DNA of 64,000 bases, from contig CM022672.1 of NCBI GenBank assembly GCA_012295275.1, forward strand, positions 7,192,001 through 7,256,000, read 5' to 3'. The translations under genes were made by a program, and so were the position numbers. Every line of letters begins with the position of its first letter. Position 1 is the stretch's first letter. Shown piece after piece: positions 1 to 13,587 of this stretch. This DNA comes from Chrysomallon squamiferum (Eukaryota; Animalia; Mollusca). Under the pieces are notes generated by a model. The model saw only the letters and a program-made list of their open reading frames with translations, had not been told where the DNA came from and did no database searches.

Positions 1-203
1 ATATATTGGATCTTTTACAACTTCATCAATAACTTAGATAATGCCTATTTGTTGTTGTCTTTTAGATCATATTCTTTTGTACTGCTAACTTGTTTGGGTT
101 TTTTTTATCTAACAAAATAAAATAAAAAATAAAGAAGTTAAATATTGATTAAGAATTAAGAAAAATACTAAATAATATGAGATATATTTAATAATCATAA
201 TTT

Positions 204-206
<3 letters not shown>

Positions 207-277
<71 letters not shown>
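207..277. repeat. (AG)n microsatellite
   Basis: Direct reading. Confidence 0.95.
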
Positions 278-283
<6 letters not shown>

Positions 284-453
284 GAAAGAGAGAGAGACAG
301 AGAAAGAGAACAAGTCGCATAACAGACTAATAATAATAATAATTTAAAAAATAAATAAAAACTGCTACTATTAGTATTAGAAAGTAAAACTTGCAGAAGA
401 ATATAAAGCCAAATATGACTCAGTCACTATAGGTTTTTAACAGGATAAGGCAT

Positions 454-488
<35 letters not shown>

Positions 489-692
489 TATACATTTCTT
501 TTTTGCACCTGTACATATTTAGTAAACTTCATTAACATTTTAAAATAAATGAAAAAAAATATTCATTTAAAAGTAATTTTGGTAACAGAAATTAAGTTCC
601 TAAAATCATTCAAAAAATATATATATAATTTTCATATATATATATATTTAATTTTAAATATTTTAAAATAATAAATAAATATGTGTATGTAC

Positions 693-748
<56 letters not shown>

Positions 749-2340
749 AAAATTAAGAATATATTTAATTTTGCTACATACCAAAAATTATGAATCATCT
801 GTGTGTGTGCATCTGCTTCTGTAAACTTCATAAAAATATGATGCTTAAATAAAGTTATCTCAGTTTTCAATATCTGATTTAGTAGAAAAAGGAAGCACTA
901 AGTTAGAAATATCAGATTTGATTATCATAAACATGGAACAGCTGCCTGTATGTCTGACTTGAATGCCAAATCTGTTTACCTCACTAGATTTGTGAACTAA
1001 CCATAGTTTACATCAGCAAGCTTATTAAATATGAGAAAAAATATATAAATAACCTTTGTATGCTTCCAGTTGGACTGCTTATTTCTAGAGCCAGAAAACA
1101 ACTATTACTTAGTAAGTGTGACAAAAACAGAACAAATCAAATTAAAACAAATCCAATGAGGTCACCACTTTCCCTATTTTCATCGATCCTAATGAAATAA
1201 AATCATAGAGCAGCAATAACATTATATAATAAGGTGATAAACATACAGTGATTTCAGTTTTTTATCACTACTGCTGGTTTATATCTAGTAACTAAAATTT
1301 AAAGCCAAATCATTTTAGAAGCAGTGAATTTAGTCAATACTTTATTCTCAATGTTGTTAATTTTCTTGTACAAAAGGATGTACAAAAATAATTTCATTTG
1401 TCATTACTGTCTGTTGTAAAAAGTGTGGCAGTTATTGAATTTTGTTCAAACAGAGCTGTTCTGCAAGCTTACAGAGAATTATGTATGTAGGTAAAAAAAA
1501 TTATAATAATAAAAAAAAAATGTATTTATATTTATTATTATGATCTCTTTAGACAAACTTAATTTAACATTAACAACCAAAAGTGTTTAATGTCCAGTAT
1601 GCTTAATTTGTAAAAAAAAATATATATATTATTTATTACGTTATAATATAAAGTAAATTAAATTAAAGAAAGATTATAGATTTTAGTATCTGATTCATAT
1701 CATTAAATGACTAAAATATTTTTAGATCTGTTAGTTATTAATATTGCTACTGTTTACTTTCATCTGTGCTTTACTTACAATACACATAGTTTGTAGAAAT
1801 GTGTTTATATACATGATTTTTGTGAACTGTCATATGTGTATGTGCATTTGTTTGAGAGTGTATGTGTATGTGTGCGTGTGAGAGACAGTGACTAACACAA
1901 GCATGGAAATATGTTTATTGTCATCATTTTCATGTATAATAAGTATCTTTTCAATAATTTTGTTATGTATTTCGATGTATGAATTAAGTGGTTTATGTTA
2001 CTGTAAATTTATTATTAGCAAATACTAGTTTATTGGAAATAATAATTTGGAAATGTACTAAAGGTATAAGACTATTTTTTTATGAATGAGAGATACTGTA
2101 TCATTTTTTATAATTAACATTTAAAAATTAATAGATCTCTCAAGGACCATTAGAAAAATCTCAAAATCATTTTAAAGTATTCAAAAATATTTTCACAATC
2201 TTTTTTCTATTTCTATTTTTTTTTTAGGAGGGTTATGGTGATGGTGGATGGTATTCATCACGACTGCACTTTATTTCAAAAGCTGAGTTATTAAAGCAAT
2301 ATAAAATCTTTAGGAATCCATTTTCATCAAAGTTAGCTAT

Positions 2341-2358
2341 TTGTTACCATGGTAACAA
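2341..2358. promoter_or_regulatory. Perfect palindromic RFX X-box-like site
   Basis: TTGTTACCATGGTAACAA matches X-box consensus GTNRCC(N0-3)RGYAAC. Confidence 0.45.
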
Positions 2359-2373
2359 GCTTTGTTTGCCTAC

Positions 2374-2553
2374 CAATGAAGCATGCAGGGAGTTATTTGA
2401 GCTGCAAACTCTTCTAACATGATCAGTGTCTGCTCCCATGCTACACACAACTGATCCCAACAACTGCATCCATGTTCTGTTGATCTTATGGCTGACACCA
2501 ATGCCAAATCCGTCTGGTTTTTATTAGATTGCAAATGGCCTAATGGCCTAGAG
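2374..2553 (-). other. Candidate 180-nt exon of an unidentified gene running off the left edge
   Basis: Acceptor TTTTTTCTCCTTACCCTTTAG, donor G|GTAGGC, GC-elevated relative to flanks, one fully open frame (phase 2-2). Confidence 0.4.
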
Positions 2554-2717
2554 CTAAAGGGTAAGGAGAAAAAAGTAATAAATAATAAATCTAAAAATCA
2601 ATAGTAAAATGTTAGAATAATTTTGAAAAACAAAGCAATCAATGCAGTTTAAGATCTATGTAATTTTTATTTTCCTTTTTATTTAAGTCTGAGAATGAGT
2701 GATTTTTTTTTATAAAT

Positions 2718-2797
<80 letters not shown>

Positions 2798-2931
2798 GCA
2801 TCAAACATAAAAGATCAATTTATTTTTCCTCTTTGAATCATGAAACTGAAATTTGAAGATCTGCCCATTGCTTCTACAATCATAAAATTATTTCAAAATA
2901 TTTAATTTTTATAATTTAATTAATTTTTCTT

Positions 2932-2966
<35 letters not shown>

Positions 2967-3018
2967 TTTTTTAAATTTTGCATTACATCACAAAGCCTTA
3001 ACAAAAGGTCATTACAAA

Positions 3019-3121
3019 GTGATTATATTGTGACTATACTATAGTTGTATTGTGATTTTATTGTAATTGTACTGATTATACTGTGATCATCCTGTGATTA
3101 TATCATGATTATATTGTGATT
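3019..3121. repeat. Decayed ~10-11-bp tandem repeat
   Basis: Variants of GATTATATTGT / TATTGTGAT repeated. Confidence 0.6.
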
Positions 3122-3549
3122 AAACACTTATTTGCTACATTACATTATAATGACAAATGTATCTGAAGCTAAAAACAACACAATCACTTTTCTATACGCC
3201 ATCAGACACTTTCCAATTCAAAAAAATATAATAAATAATTAATAAAAATAAATAAAATAATACAAACAAAAAAGAAACATTCTGAATTTATTCAGAGTCA
3301 AAACTAAGTATTTCATTCTTATTGCCTATGTTTAGTGAAGCTGCAGATAAATACTCTGCTGAACATTTATCTAAATCATTAGGCTTGCCAAATTACTCAT
3401 AAAATGTGAAACAATGATTAAACAGAAAATAGCTCAATCGTTAACACTGCTAGAAACATTTATTACTCTTTACTGAGGTTTACATAAAACGTTTACATGT
3501 GTGTTTGTTTCAGTCCATTTGTACATGTATGTTTGTGTGTGTGTGTGCA

Positions 3550-3606
<57 letters not shown>

Positions 3607-3905
3607 GATTTCAATCTGCAAATGTGTTACCTTAAAGAATATTCAATGTAAAATAAACTTTTGCTAAATAGATCTTTATGTAGATATTTGAAAAAAAACA
3701 TCAAGTTCAAAATGAACACATACACACACATGTATGCATACAGACATATACAATGCAACAAAAGACCCTTGACTCTCAAACTCTGCAGGATAATCTACTG
3801 ACTGGGTGAGTCAAACTAGAGTGTGGTGTCTCTGCATTCTCCCGATGTCTGTTAATCAACATCAAACATTATCCACCATAGATATTCTACATAATAATAA
3901 TAATG

Positions 3906-3961
<56 letters not shown>

Positions 3962-4728
3962 ATTAATAATAATAGTAATAATAATAATACAGTGTCGTAA
4001 GTAACATATACTTGGTCTTCTAAACATATTCACAATAACAAAATAATCCTAAAGTATTAACAAAAAGACAAAAAAAATGAGAAAGAAAAAACATGCAATA
4101 AAGCAAATTACTAGTTACACAACATATTATGAAATTACATTACATGGTTAACATGACAAAGAATTCTTATATAAAAACATAAGTGGTAATTTACACAGAC
4201 TGGAATGTCAGATAATCAGTAATAGTGATATTGTAAAGCATCAATCTAATTATAAAAAAAAAACTTTTTTTTTTTTCTCTAATTTCAAAACTGAAAACAA
4301 AAAGAATCAATTCACTGTTTGTCAAGAGGAGCTGAAACAATAAATTGAATAATATAAGTTGGGTTTTTTTACTTGTTTTTGTTTAATATAAATACTCATG
4401 TCTGTCTATGACAATATAATTGTCTTTAATAATACATTACTTCAACATCTTCATTTTATTAAACTTTATATAGACTGTTTGTGAAACTTTACAACCTGTT
4501 TTTCAGATTTTTCCATTAATATATTTATCAATAATTGTATCAGTATTTAAAAACAAAGTTTAAACAGTTTAGAAAGCCACTGTCTAATAAAATATTATCA
4601 CTGATTATAGTACAATGCTGTAATTTTGAGATGAGATGAAGTGTTTTCCTGGTAAGTAATGTGTCTTAGTAATGGTTAATTCATTTTCTCAAATATATAT
4701 TCCTTTGGTAAATTATATAAGGTTCTGT

Positions 4729-4775
<47 letters not shown>

Positions 4776-4876
4776 CTGTCTCTAAAACAAACAGAATAGA
4801 TAATTAGTTAAATCATAAAATATACTCCTATACTAGGAATTAACTTACTCTGTGAAGTTATAACTATACAAAAAAT

Positions 4877-4929
<53 letters not shown>

Positions 4930-5010
4930 TAAATAAATAATAAGCAATGAATTCCTGAAATAAACAGACTGCGCTTTATTTTAACATTTTAATTTGGTAT
5001 TATTCCAAAA

Positions 5011-5055
<45 letters not shown>

Positions 5056-6032
5056 TACATTAAGAAAAAACACTAGATATAAAAAAGAAAGTTAAGCTCA
5101 AAACATCGTAACATGTATATGCCAAGCTGGGCTCTGCTGCTAGATACCCGGCAATTTATTTTTAATGCAAGTTATTACTTACGTAACTGAGACGTATTTA
5201 CTCCATTTCCATGACATAAGGACAATTACTCAGCAAATGAAGAATAAAATAAAAGCGACATAGTATAAAAGTTGCATTACATAATTATATGATTTGTATC
5301 CAAATAATTCAATCACTCCTGTCGAAATTCCATCACTTGAAAACAACTCGTCAAAACATTAATCACGTGATACATGATTAGAGTTACTTCCCATTTCAAC
5401 ATGCAAATAACATTAAACTATTTTTCTTACGAGCGCTTTGAGAAATTTCGTCCACTCAGATCCTTTATTCAGCTGTACAATTTGTTTTTTTGTTTGTTTT
5501 TTTGTTTTTTTAAATTATGAAACCTAAATGCATACTAAGCTACTGTTAATGGGGAAAAAATGCAAACAAACATCCAGATTAAAGCGAATAACACGTAACT
5601 GAATAAGCGCAGTAAACGATAGGCCCAAGCAGTTCGAATTACACAAAAAAATCAATAATAGGAAAAAGATACATTTTAAATAAAATAAAATAAACATAAA
5701 CATAAAACATTTAAATAATTTAATGGAAAATAAGTGTGTGCTCTCAAGTTTTTCTTGTCTTTACTCAGTATTTTAATCTGCGAGTTGAAACACAGAAATA
5801 TCTTCATAGGCAAAAGATATACACCTGTATCTAAAATATAATGCAATACAAAAGTTGTGTTTCTTATATTTTTCATTGCATAAAGGTCTATTGCTTTAGC
5901 GTTTGGAGGTTATTTCCAGTATAAACTGAGCGATGTTTTACAAGGATATAATTACAGTTATTTTTATTACTATATTGACGTGTACATATATATATATATT
6001 GTATATCAGTTAATTTTGTACATTGTATCAAT

Positions 6033-6080
<48 letters not shown>

Positions 6081-6100
6081 ATTTATTTTATTATTATTAT

Positions 6101-6141
<41 letters not shown>

Positions 6142-7262
6142 GCTTTTCCTTACTGTTATAGGACAGTTATTTTGTTCTACCTTACTTAATTTCTTATACA
6201 GATGCAATGTTTTTGAATTTATGCAGGAGTAATGCATGCGTTCGTTCATTCAGATGATTAATGGCTACAATTAAGAAAAGAAAGAAAGAAAAAAAAGAGA
6301 AAATAAAATGCATGGCAAAGTGAAAATACTGTCCCAGATGTTTTAAAATTCCATTACAAATGACAGCGGCTGAAGCTCCTAGAATTATTTTTTGTACATA
6401 ATGTACGATTTAAATTCACATTTTCATTACAAAAATCAATTAAGGGACTTGAATGCTTTATAAATTAGTAAGCCAGTATCACTGAACTAACTGCCTAGTT
6501 CAGTCTAAGATTGTCCATCATAAAAGATATGAAAGCTCCAAAATGTCACGTGACCGTCAATTAAATGACGTATAATTAATCTTTATTTTGCATGTCTTGC
6601 TGACGTTGAAACAGCTGTATACAGTGCAGAAACGTCGATGTTCGTACAGTTTCATTAATAATACATTTTTTTTTTCCTATTAATTATATGCGGTTTAAAC
6701 ATTCATTTATAGTGTTATTATAATGTCCTTGTGCAATTTCAAATTTTTATAACTTTAGATCCATGCATGACAGTATTGATCTGCGAAAATAATAGAGTAA
6801 CAGTAATTGAAAAACACGTATTGTTCACATGGAATCACTCAAAGCAAAACTAATATGCTGTTACTGCACTTTTGTCAACAGTTGACTTTACATAATGTCA
6901 CTGCCGTGATTTCAATGTTCTTGAATCATACCCAAGTAGTGACATCTTTACATTACTCGAAGATATAAAAGAGAAACCAATGCATTAACTAGACTGTTTT
7001 TCAAATGAGGCAAAAATATTTAAATCTAGCCGAGGCGTCTGGAGGCCGCCATCAGGTTCCCAGAATTTCCAACTTGAAAGACGCAAAATCCTCCATTCTG
7101 TCCATTTATATGTTATATATATAAAAAATAAAAAAATTAATAATTAAAAAAATATATAAAAATAAACAAAATCGTCAATTTCCTTCTTTTTTTTTTGTTG
7201 TATAAGAAAATATATTTATAAATGACAAATATTGTATGAAACAAAATAAATAAACTGGTTTT

Positions 7263-7666
7263 CTAAAGCGTATTTATTTTGGAAATCAGACAAATTATTT
7301 TAAGGCCTTTGGCTGGAGTTACTCCCTTTTTCGACTCCTTCAGCTTCAGTATGGTACATATCCTAGAAGTACTACGCTCATACTGCCTAGCCAAGTCCAC
7401 TAGATGCACACCTCGCTCATGTTTTTCTATGAATTCAAGTTTTAATTCAATGTACATTATCCACTTCTTCTCAACACTGTACTTTGCATTCATTTTCTTA
7501 CGATTTATGGTAGAAAAAAAAAAAAAAAAAAAAAAAAAGTTTGTTTGCAAAGTACTGCACAAAACGCGAGCAGAACACAAGAGATGCTTCCGCGGATATT
7601 ACGTTGTTCGTTGCGCCAACTAGAAAAACTCGTAAGTTGGGACACTCGTAAGTCGAGGTACCACTG
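7263..7666 (-). mobile_element. Tigger/pogo-family DNA transposon 5' remnant (TIR plus N-terminal HTH of TIGD1-like transposase)
   Basis: Minus ORF IELKLEFIEKHERGVHLVDLARQYERSTSRICTILKLKE resembles the CENP-B/Tigger N-terminal HTH; terminus CAGTGGTACCTCGACTTACGAGTGTCCCAACTTACGAG with the internal repeat typical of Tigger TIRs; no second TIR or DDE domain found. Confidence 0.8.
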
Positions 7667-8396
7667 TTTATATAATTCTAAAACAGCACTTTATATGGTA
7701 ATTAACTAATGTATACTTACTGACAATGATGGATTTAAAACATGTTAAATACATGGAGGATTAAACTTATCAATTACATCAGACCACCTTTCTACCATTT
7801 ACAACACCTCATCACACTGATCATCCCCTGTGACGTGTGTATTAGATTTAAAAAAAAAGGAATTTTGACTAAATATTCAATTAAAATAAAACTACCAATA
7901 TGCAGTTTCAACATTATATTACATTATATTACATTATATTAAACATTTGGCATATTTAATTGGTGAATACATTTCATAATAATTGTGATAATGATAAGTA
8001 ATAATATTAACAATAATTAAAATACACCTGTAACAGTGAAGAAATCATTTCAGGATTGTTCATTTATTGTCATACTTTATTATCAACATAAGTTAGTCTG
8101 AAGTTATTCATATAGAAAAGTATGAAATAAAAGTTATATTTTTTATTTTTCATACAAAGACAAACACATTTTAATAATCATAGTAATAATACTAAGAAGA
8201 AGAAGAAGAAGGATGATCACTACGATGATGATGACGACAACAAGTACAACAACATATATAAAACAGAATCAAATTAAATATGTTGGTATTTTCTTAATTT
8301 ATTTCTATTTTATTCTTTTATTTGGATAAACAAGATGTAGAAAAATAATTCTGGTTAAATATCACTCTGGTTGTGTGCTGTTCAAAAACTGAAAGT

Positions 8397-8490
8397 TTAT
8401 TTCATCTCACTGAGTAAAATGTCTACAACCTGAGCAAGATTGTCAACAATTCCATCTGGTTTCACTGTTGGATGATGTTCATCCTGTGGT
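8397..8490 (-). CDS. LHPP: LHPP exon 7 (terminal)
   Basis: PQDEHHPTVKPDGIVDNLAQVVDILLSEMK then TAA at 8399-8397; AATAAA candidates on the minus strand near 8309-8322. Confidence 0.94.
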
Positions 8491-11466
8491 CTGGAAAGCA
8501 AATTGAAATAGATTAATTAATCAAGGAATGATTTCATGAACAAAAACTATTAAGAAAACTTCTGACAAGATATCGACATAAAACACTTTCGCACATTACA
8601 TCATTATACCATTAAGTACGACATAATTTATGTTCCATGCTAAAAAGTGAATTTGATAAGAATTGCATCTTTCAGTTCATAAACTGTACACCTACAATGC
8701 AGTAAATAACAGAAGCTCACCGTATTTACATATTTTAAACAAAACAAACAGATTAGGATTCTAAATCCTATTTTGATTCAGATAAATTAGTGTAAGCAAT
8801 CACAAAGTCCACTTTTCAACATAACATGTTCATTAAATCATTTAACTAATATATCTTTTATTTTTTTAATATAAACAACCAAATGTTTTCATAAAGAAAT
8901 ACCTGTATTTTCCTGTTCTAACTAGAACACCCATAATTCCACATGCCTGTGCTCCACCCACATCATTCACAACATCATCACCGACCATGATTACCTGTCA
9001 AAATAAAAAAACAGTGAACAGCAAGCTAATAAAAGAATATTAGAATATTTTCTCCTCTCAGTTTTTAATAATAACAAGAAGATGATGAAGATGACGAAAG
9101 TAGTAATAAAATTCCAGTATACCTGGCTTGGTTCTAAACCCATGTCTTGAACAGCAGCTCCGAAAAAAGCTGGTGATGGTTTACCAACCACTTCTGCTTC
9201 AATGTCACAGGCATACTGTGTAAGAGAAAACTACCCTGGTTACACAAAGGTTATCAGTATGTAATGACATGAAACAGAATTGATAACTAGTTCCTACATT
9301 ACCATGAGCTAGAAAGCTAGCAACATCTTGGGCAACATAGTCTCATGCAAACACATAATAAAACTAACTGGTAAACTGCAAATCAGCTGATCGTGTCTAC
9401 TGTCATTATTATATTAGTAAAATAAACTCACCAAATTTATTTACATTTAATAATCTCATCTAAACAGTACTTTTTTATTTCTTCTTCTAACTCTAAATAT
9501 TTAAAATACACAGAAATATATTAACTTCTCCTTCCAAGTTACTTAAAGAGTGGTAACGTGTTTACCTCCTTCACTCTGTTTACTTTCAAAAATCTTCTGG
9601 AAATAGTTTTACCTCTAAAGCTTTCATGTATGCCCCTACATCCAGGCAAAGTTCATTTTTGTCCTTATAGTATTTCCTGTGGGGAAAAAAAAAAAAGAAT
9701 TAAAATTCCCAAGTTAGAATTGTTTTTATCATTGATTTAGTTCAGTCACCAATATGCTAAACAATATTAAAAGCAGTCATCAAGAACAATAGAATATACC
9801 ATCATTGGCAATCAATAGTGTGTTTAAAGTACATTAAAATAATAAAAAAAATGTTTATTCTTATCCATTTTATATCTGAAAATCCAGTGACACCTCTATA
9901 TTGCCACTGTGTGACTTCCTAAACCTTTCTGTTTTATTTTTATGCATAGAATTTTAAGTGATCCTAGAAGTTGTATACTTGTTTGTGAAATATCATTGGT
10001 CATTGTTGTCATTTATGTAAGAAGTTCTTTTTAAAACCTTCTTGTTTACTTCTAAACATTTTTTTTTATTAAGGAATAACATGGTTTTAATTTTGTAGAT
10101 ACTAAATATCTAACTTAAAAAAAATAATTAAAAAAACAATAATTAAAAATTAAAAATGAACTAAAACATGTTAAAATAAGAAAAGTAACTTTTGTTACCC
10201 TTTTCCCATAGAGAATAGAACTGGTTTCTCTAGTGATATCAACAGTTGAAATGCTTTATTAACATTGCCATAGGTGAATTCATCTGCAGCATCCCCTATT
10301 ACAACGCAGTCAGGATTTGTCTGATCACATTCAATAAAATCTGGTAAGGCATCTGATAAAAAAAGAAGAGAGAACCCAGATATTTTACATAATTATATAT
10401 ATACATGTATCCTTTACTGAGGCATGGTGTCTTATAAACAATACCTTTATTTCATATTAAGGAGAATTCAATCCAGTAATGGTTTCATCAGATCATCATT
10501 ATACTATCATATACAAATATGACCTCTAATAATGTATATTAAATTTGTTTACTTAACATTTGTTTTACAACAGCCATCAGAAAATAATGATAGTACCAGG
10601 GTGAACAAGTAGATGTGGTCTGAGGTTTCGTTGTTTAAGGATGTGACAAACTGCTGGAGCTGGTTGGAAAACTTCATCTTGTGTCAAACTAAAACCAAGT
10701 TTCTGCAGCTTATCTACAAGAATCTGTTTCGTACTCTGAGTTTCATTAGTGCAGAATCGAACTGGAAGACCAGATGATTTTAGTCTGAAGAAATAAATAA
10801 TTAATGTTCAGTTATTCTTAAAAATAATTTTTAATTTAAAAAAAAAATTATATCTTTAAGGTAAGACAATAAATAAATAATTAATTAAATCACTTGTACA
10901 TTTTGAATTTGTCCTGGAAATATAATAATAATGTAGAGAAAAATCATTTCAAACATCTTTACCAAGCATTTAACACAGATTTGCAGTGTCAAAGTGGAAA
11001 CTACTAGCACTCAACCAAGGTTCCTTTATGTGTACGTTTCCCTACAAAAAGGTACACATCAATCATTAAAACAATAATCATGGAGTACTTTTTGGAACAG
11101 AAAAATAAGACCTAAAAAGGGATATCCTTCAATTTACGTCCATTAATCAAAAACACAATTTATAATTTCAAATCTATTGTATCCCTGATGAAAGAAAATA
11201 AATAAGGAGAAAAAAATAATATGAAAAATCAGAAAAAAAAATCGGTGTTTCGTATTTATTTTGCTTAGTATAATTTTGATTGACTCTGTAGTCTTAAAAT
11301 GAACGTGGACAGCATTAAATTTTACTGACAACAATATCAGTTGTTACCTTTTGACTGCTTCAACTGATCCATTTATTGCAGTTCCTCCACCAGGTCCACT
11401 TTCGTACAAAACTCCAGTTATATCTAGCAGTACACCGCGGACTTTACGTTTCGCCCAAGTTGCCAT
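8397..11466 (-). CDS. LHPP: Phospholysine phosphohistidine inorganic pyrophosphate phosphatase (HAD class IIA), 7 exons, 267 aa
   Basis: Exons 11466-11348, 10784-10597, 10352-10199, 9676-9613, 9215-9123, 8994-8903, 8490-8397 (804 nt, all GT-AG, phases consistent). Protein MATWAKRKVRGVLLDITGVLYESGPGGGTAINGSVEAV...VRFCTNETQ...YACDIEAEVVGKPSPAFF...VIMVGDDVVNDVGGAQACG...VRTGKYRPQDEHHPTVKPDGIVDNLAQVVDILLSEMK* carries HAD motifs I-IV and closely follows vertebrate LHPP as recalled. Confidence 0.96.
8903..8994 (-). CDS. LHPP: LHPP exon 6
   Basis: VIMVGDDVVNDVGGAQACGIMGVLVRTGKY (HAD motif IV GDxxxxD). Confidence 0.95.
9123..9215 (-). CDS. LHPP: LHPP exon 5
   Basis: YACDIEAEVVGKPSPAFFGAAVQDMGLEPSQ (HAD motif III GKP). 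Confidence 0.95.
9613..9676 (-). CDS. LHPP: LHPP exon 4
   Basis: KYYKDKNELCLDVGAYMKALE. Confidence 0.94.
10199..10352 (-). CDS. LHPP: LHPP exon 3
   Basis: ALPDFIECDQTNPDCVVIGDAADEFTYGNVNKAFQLLISLEKPVLFSMGK. Confidence 0.95.
10597..10784 (-). CDS. LHPP: LHPP exon 2
   Basis: LKSSGLPVRFCTNETQSTKQILVDKLQKLGF...LRPHLLVHP; AG/GT bounded. Confidence 0.95.
11348..11466 (-). CDS. LHPP: LHPP exon 1
   Basis: ATG at 11466; MATWAKRKVRGVLLDITGVLYESGPGGGTAINGSVEAVK; donor GTAAC. Confidence 0.95.
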
Positions 11467-11743
11467 TGTGAATTGTAGAGTTACCGCCCTTTATTTTAGC
11501 TGTATACACGACGATAAAAGTTAATACGTCTTTTACGATAACCTTGCCTTATTTAGTTATTAATACGAAAAAATGGATAAATAAACTGCTAAAATAATTA
11601 AAACATTTAACCTTTTTTTCTTCTTTTCTATAAAACGGGTAACGAAAATAGAACAAATTCCAAATTAAATATTTCCATCCCTATTTTACAATCAAGTTAT
11701 TATTTTTTTATTTAATTATTTGTTTTAATTTGTTTATTTAATA

Positions 11744-11795
<52 letters not shown>

Positions 11796-12256
11796 TGATG
11801 ATAAATATTCATGTTACACTTAAAATCATGTTGGTGTATGTTATACATCTAAAACAAAGTTAACGTTTTAAAGCTTTTTATTTTACCTGGAGGTGCAAAG
11901 TAAATATTAATAATAATAATGATGATTGACGACTGATGATGATTGATGATGATGATTGATGATGATAATAATAATAATAATAATAATGAAATAAATATAA
12001 TACAATTAATAATTTTTATATTTTTATAAATTTATTATTAATTTGTTGTTGCCTAATTGGTCAATTTTGTTTAGACTGACAAATTATTTTTATTTTACAT
12101 TTAACTGTGTGATTGTAAGTATCAGGTAAAGGTTATTTTAATCTATACAACTGCTATCATATACACAATGTATGCATGTTTCTTTAAAATAATATCTAGT
12201 GCAGAGTTATGTGTAGATTTTAGAATTATGTTAAGTAAAATAGTGCTAATAAGTAA

Positions 12257-12288
<32 letters not shown>

Positions 12289-13553
12289 CCCATTGTTCAT
12301 TGTTTACAGAAAATATTAATTAATAAAAAACACAATTTTCACATCACCTACACATATTTAATCTTCAAAGCAAAGAACTTTTACAACACAGTTAGCTTTA
12401 CATGAATCACGTGACAACTTATACTGAAAATTAAAACAGAATTTCAAAACATGATTATTATACATCCAGTGGCACAACTCTGTTGCTAAAAAAATTATTC
12501 AAGTTGTGAATTCAACCGTCTACAGAAATAATTTAGTAACAAAAAACGAAAAGTTTTAAAGACAACAGATATATAGTCTTCCCTTTGCATTTAACTGAAA
12601 TGTTAAATGTGAGAAATGAATAATGTTACCCGATCTGTGAGATTTATGATAGTACTGTACTCTGATTAATTTTTATTGTTATTCTCAATTAATTTGAACT
12701 GATAATTATTTATAAATGAAATCAAACCATCTGTATTTGTAAAAGTGTTTGACCTTTTATGTTTTTTGGCCAAATGTGGTATAAAATGATCTGTTTGAAC
12801 ATGTATAACTATTTTATAAAATGATGATTGTTGATCTGGTAACTGGTTCTATTTTACAAACTATAATTCAGAATCTGTGCGTGATGCTGCCAGAAGTCTT
12901 AACTGAAAAAGATATTAGTAAGTTCCACATATAAATATAAAAAATAATTTTTTCTGTGCCAGTTCAATTTCATGATGCTGTATTACAAACATGTCAAGAC
13001 AACATAAAATACAAAAAACATATTTCTGTAGAAATATTACTTTCACAAAAAAAAAAGAAAAAAAAAAGGAAAACAAAAAGAGGAAAATAATATTTCATGT
13101 ATTTAATGGTAAAATTAAAAATATGCATTAACTTTCAAAATTCCTATTTTCTTTAGTTATTATTTTTTAAACTGCTAGTTACATTTAAAAATTTATAGCA
13201 AATCAATGTTTATTTTTAGGAGATTTTTAAACATTTGAATTATCTGAATTAATAAACTGATAATCTGTACCAGTTTTCCAATATAATAATAATAATAATA
13301 AATAGAAATTACAATACCAACTAAAATAGGTTTTATTTATACAAATACATTTTTTTTCAGTTGTTCATTATACTGAGCTGCCGTACTATTTTGGTTTTGA
13401 CTATGACATTAGTTTTATACACTACACAGTATTTTCGTCAACAGTTGAGATTTGAGCTTTCTGCCCACATGATTAATCTTGAACACTCAAAAATAAACGA
13501 GGCAATTTACACACAAGACATTCACAACACACAGATGGGTAAAATAAAAAGAG

Positions 13554-13587
<34 letters not shown>

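Noticed and set aside
610-6232. ORFs with poly-Y, poly-N, poly-F and CV runs (610, 3806, 5980, 6023); similar ORFs occur at 29814-30088, 34147, 42161, 43038, 47166-47490, 61531 and 63745
   Set aside because: Translations of (AAT)n, (GT)n, (CT)n and poly-T microsatellites; no splice or homology support
7025-7105. Short GC-rich segment, possibly a dispersed repeat fragment
   Set aside because: No TIR, target duplication or second copy in the window to support a call
10480-10505. ATGATGA / CTGA on the sense strand of LHPP intron 2, possible C/D snoRNA
   Set aside because: Boxes are adjacent, with no guide region or terminal stem
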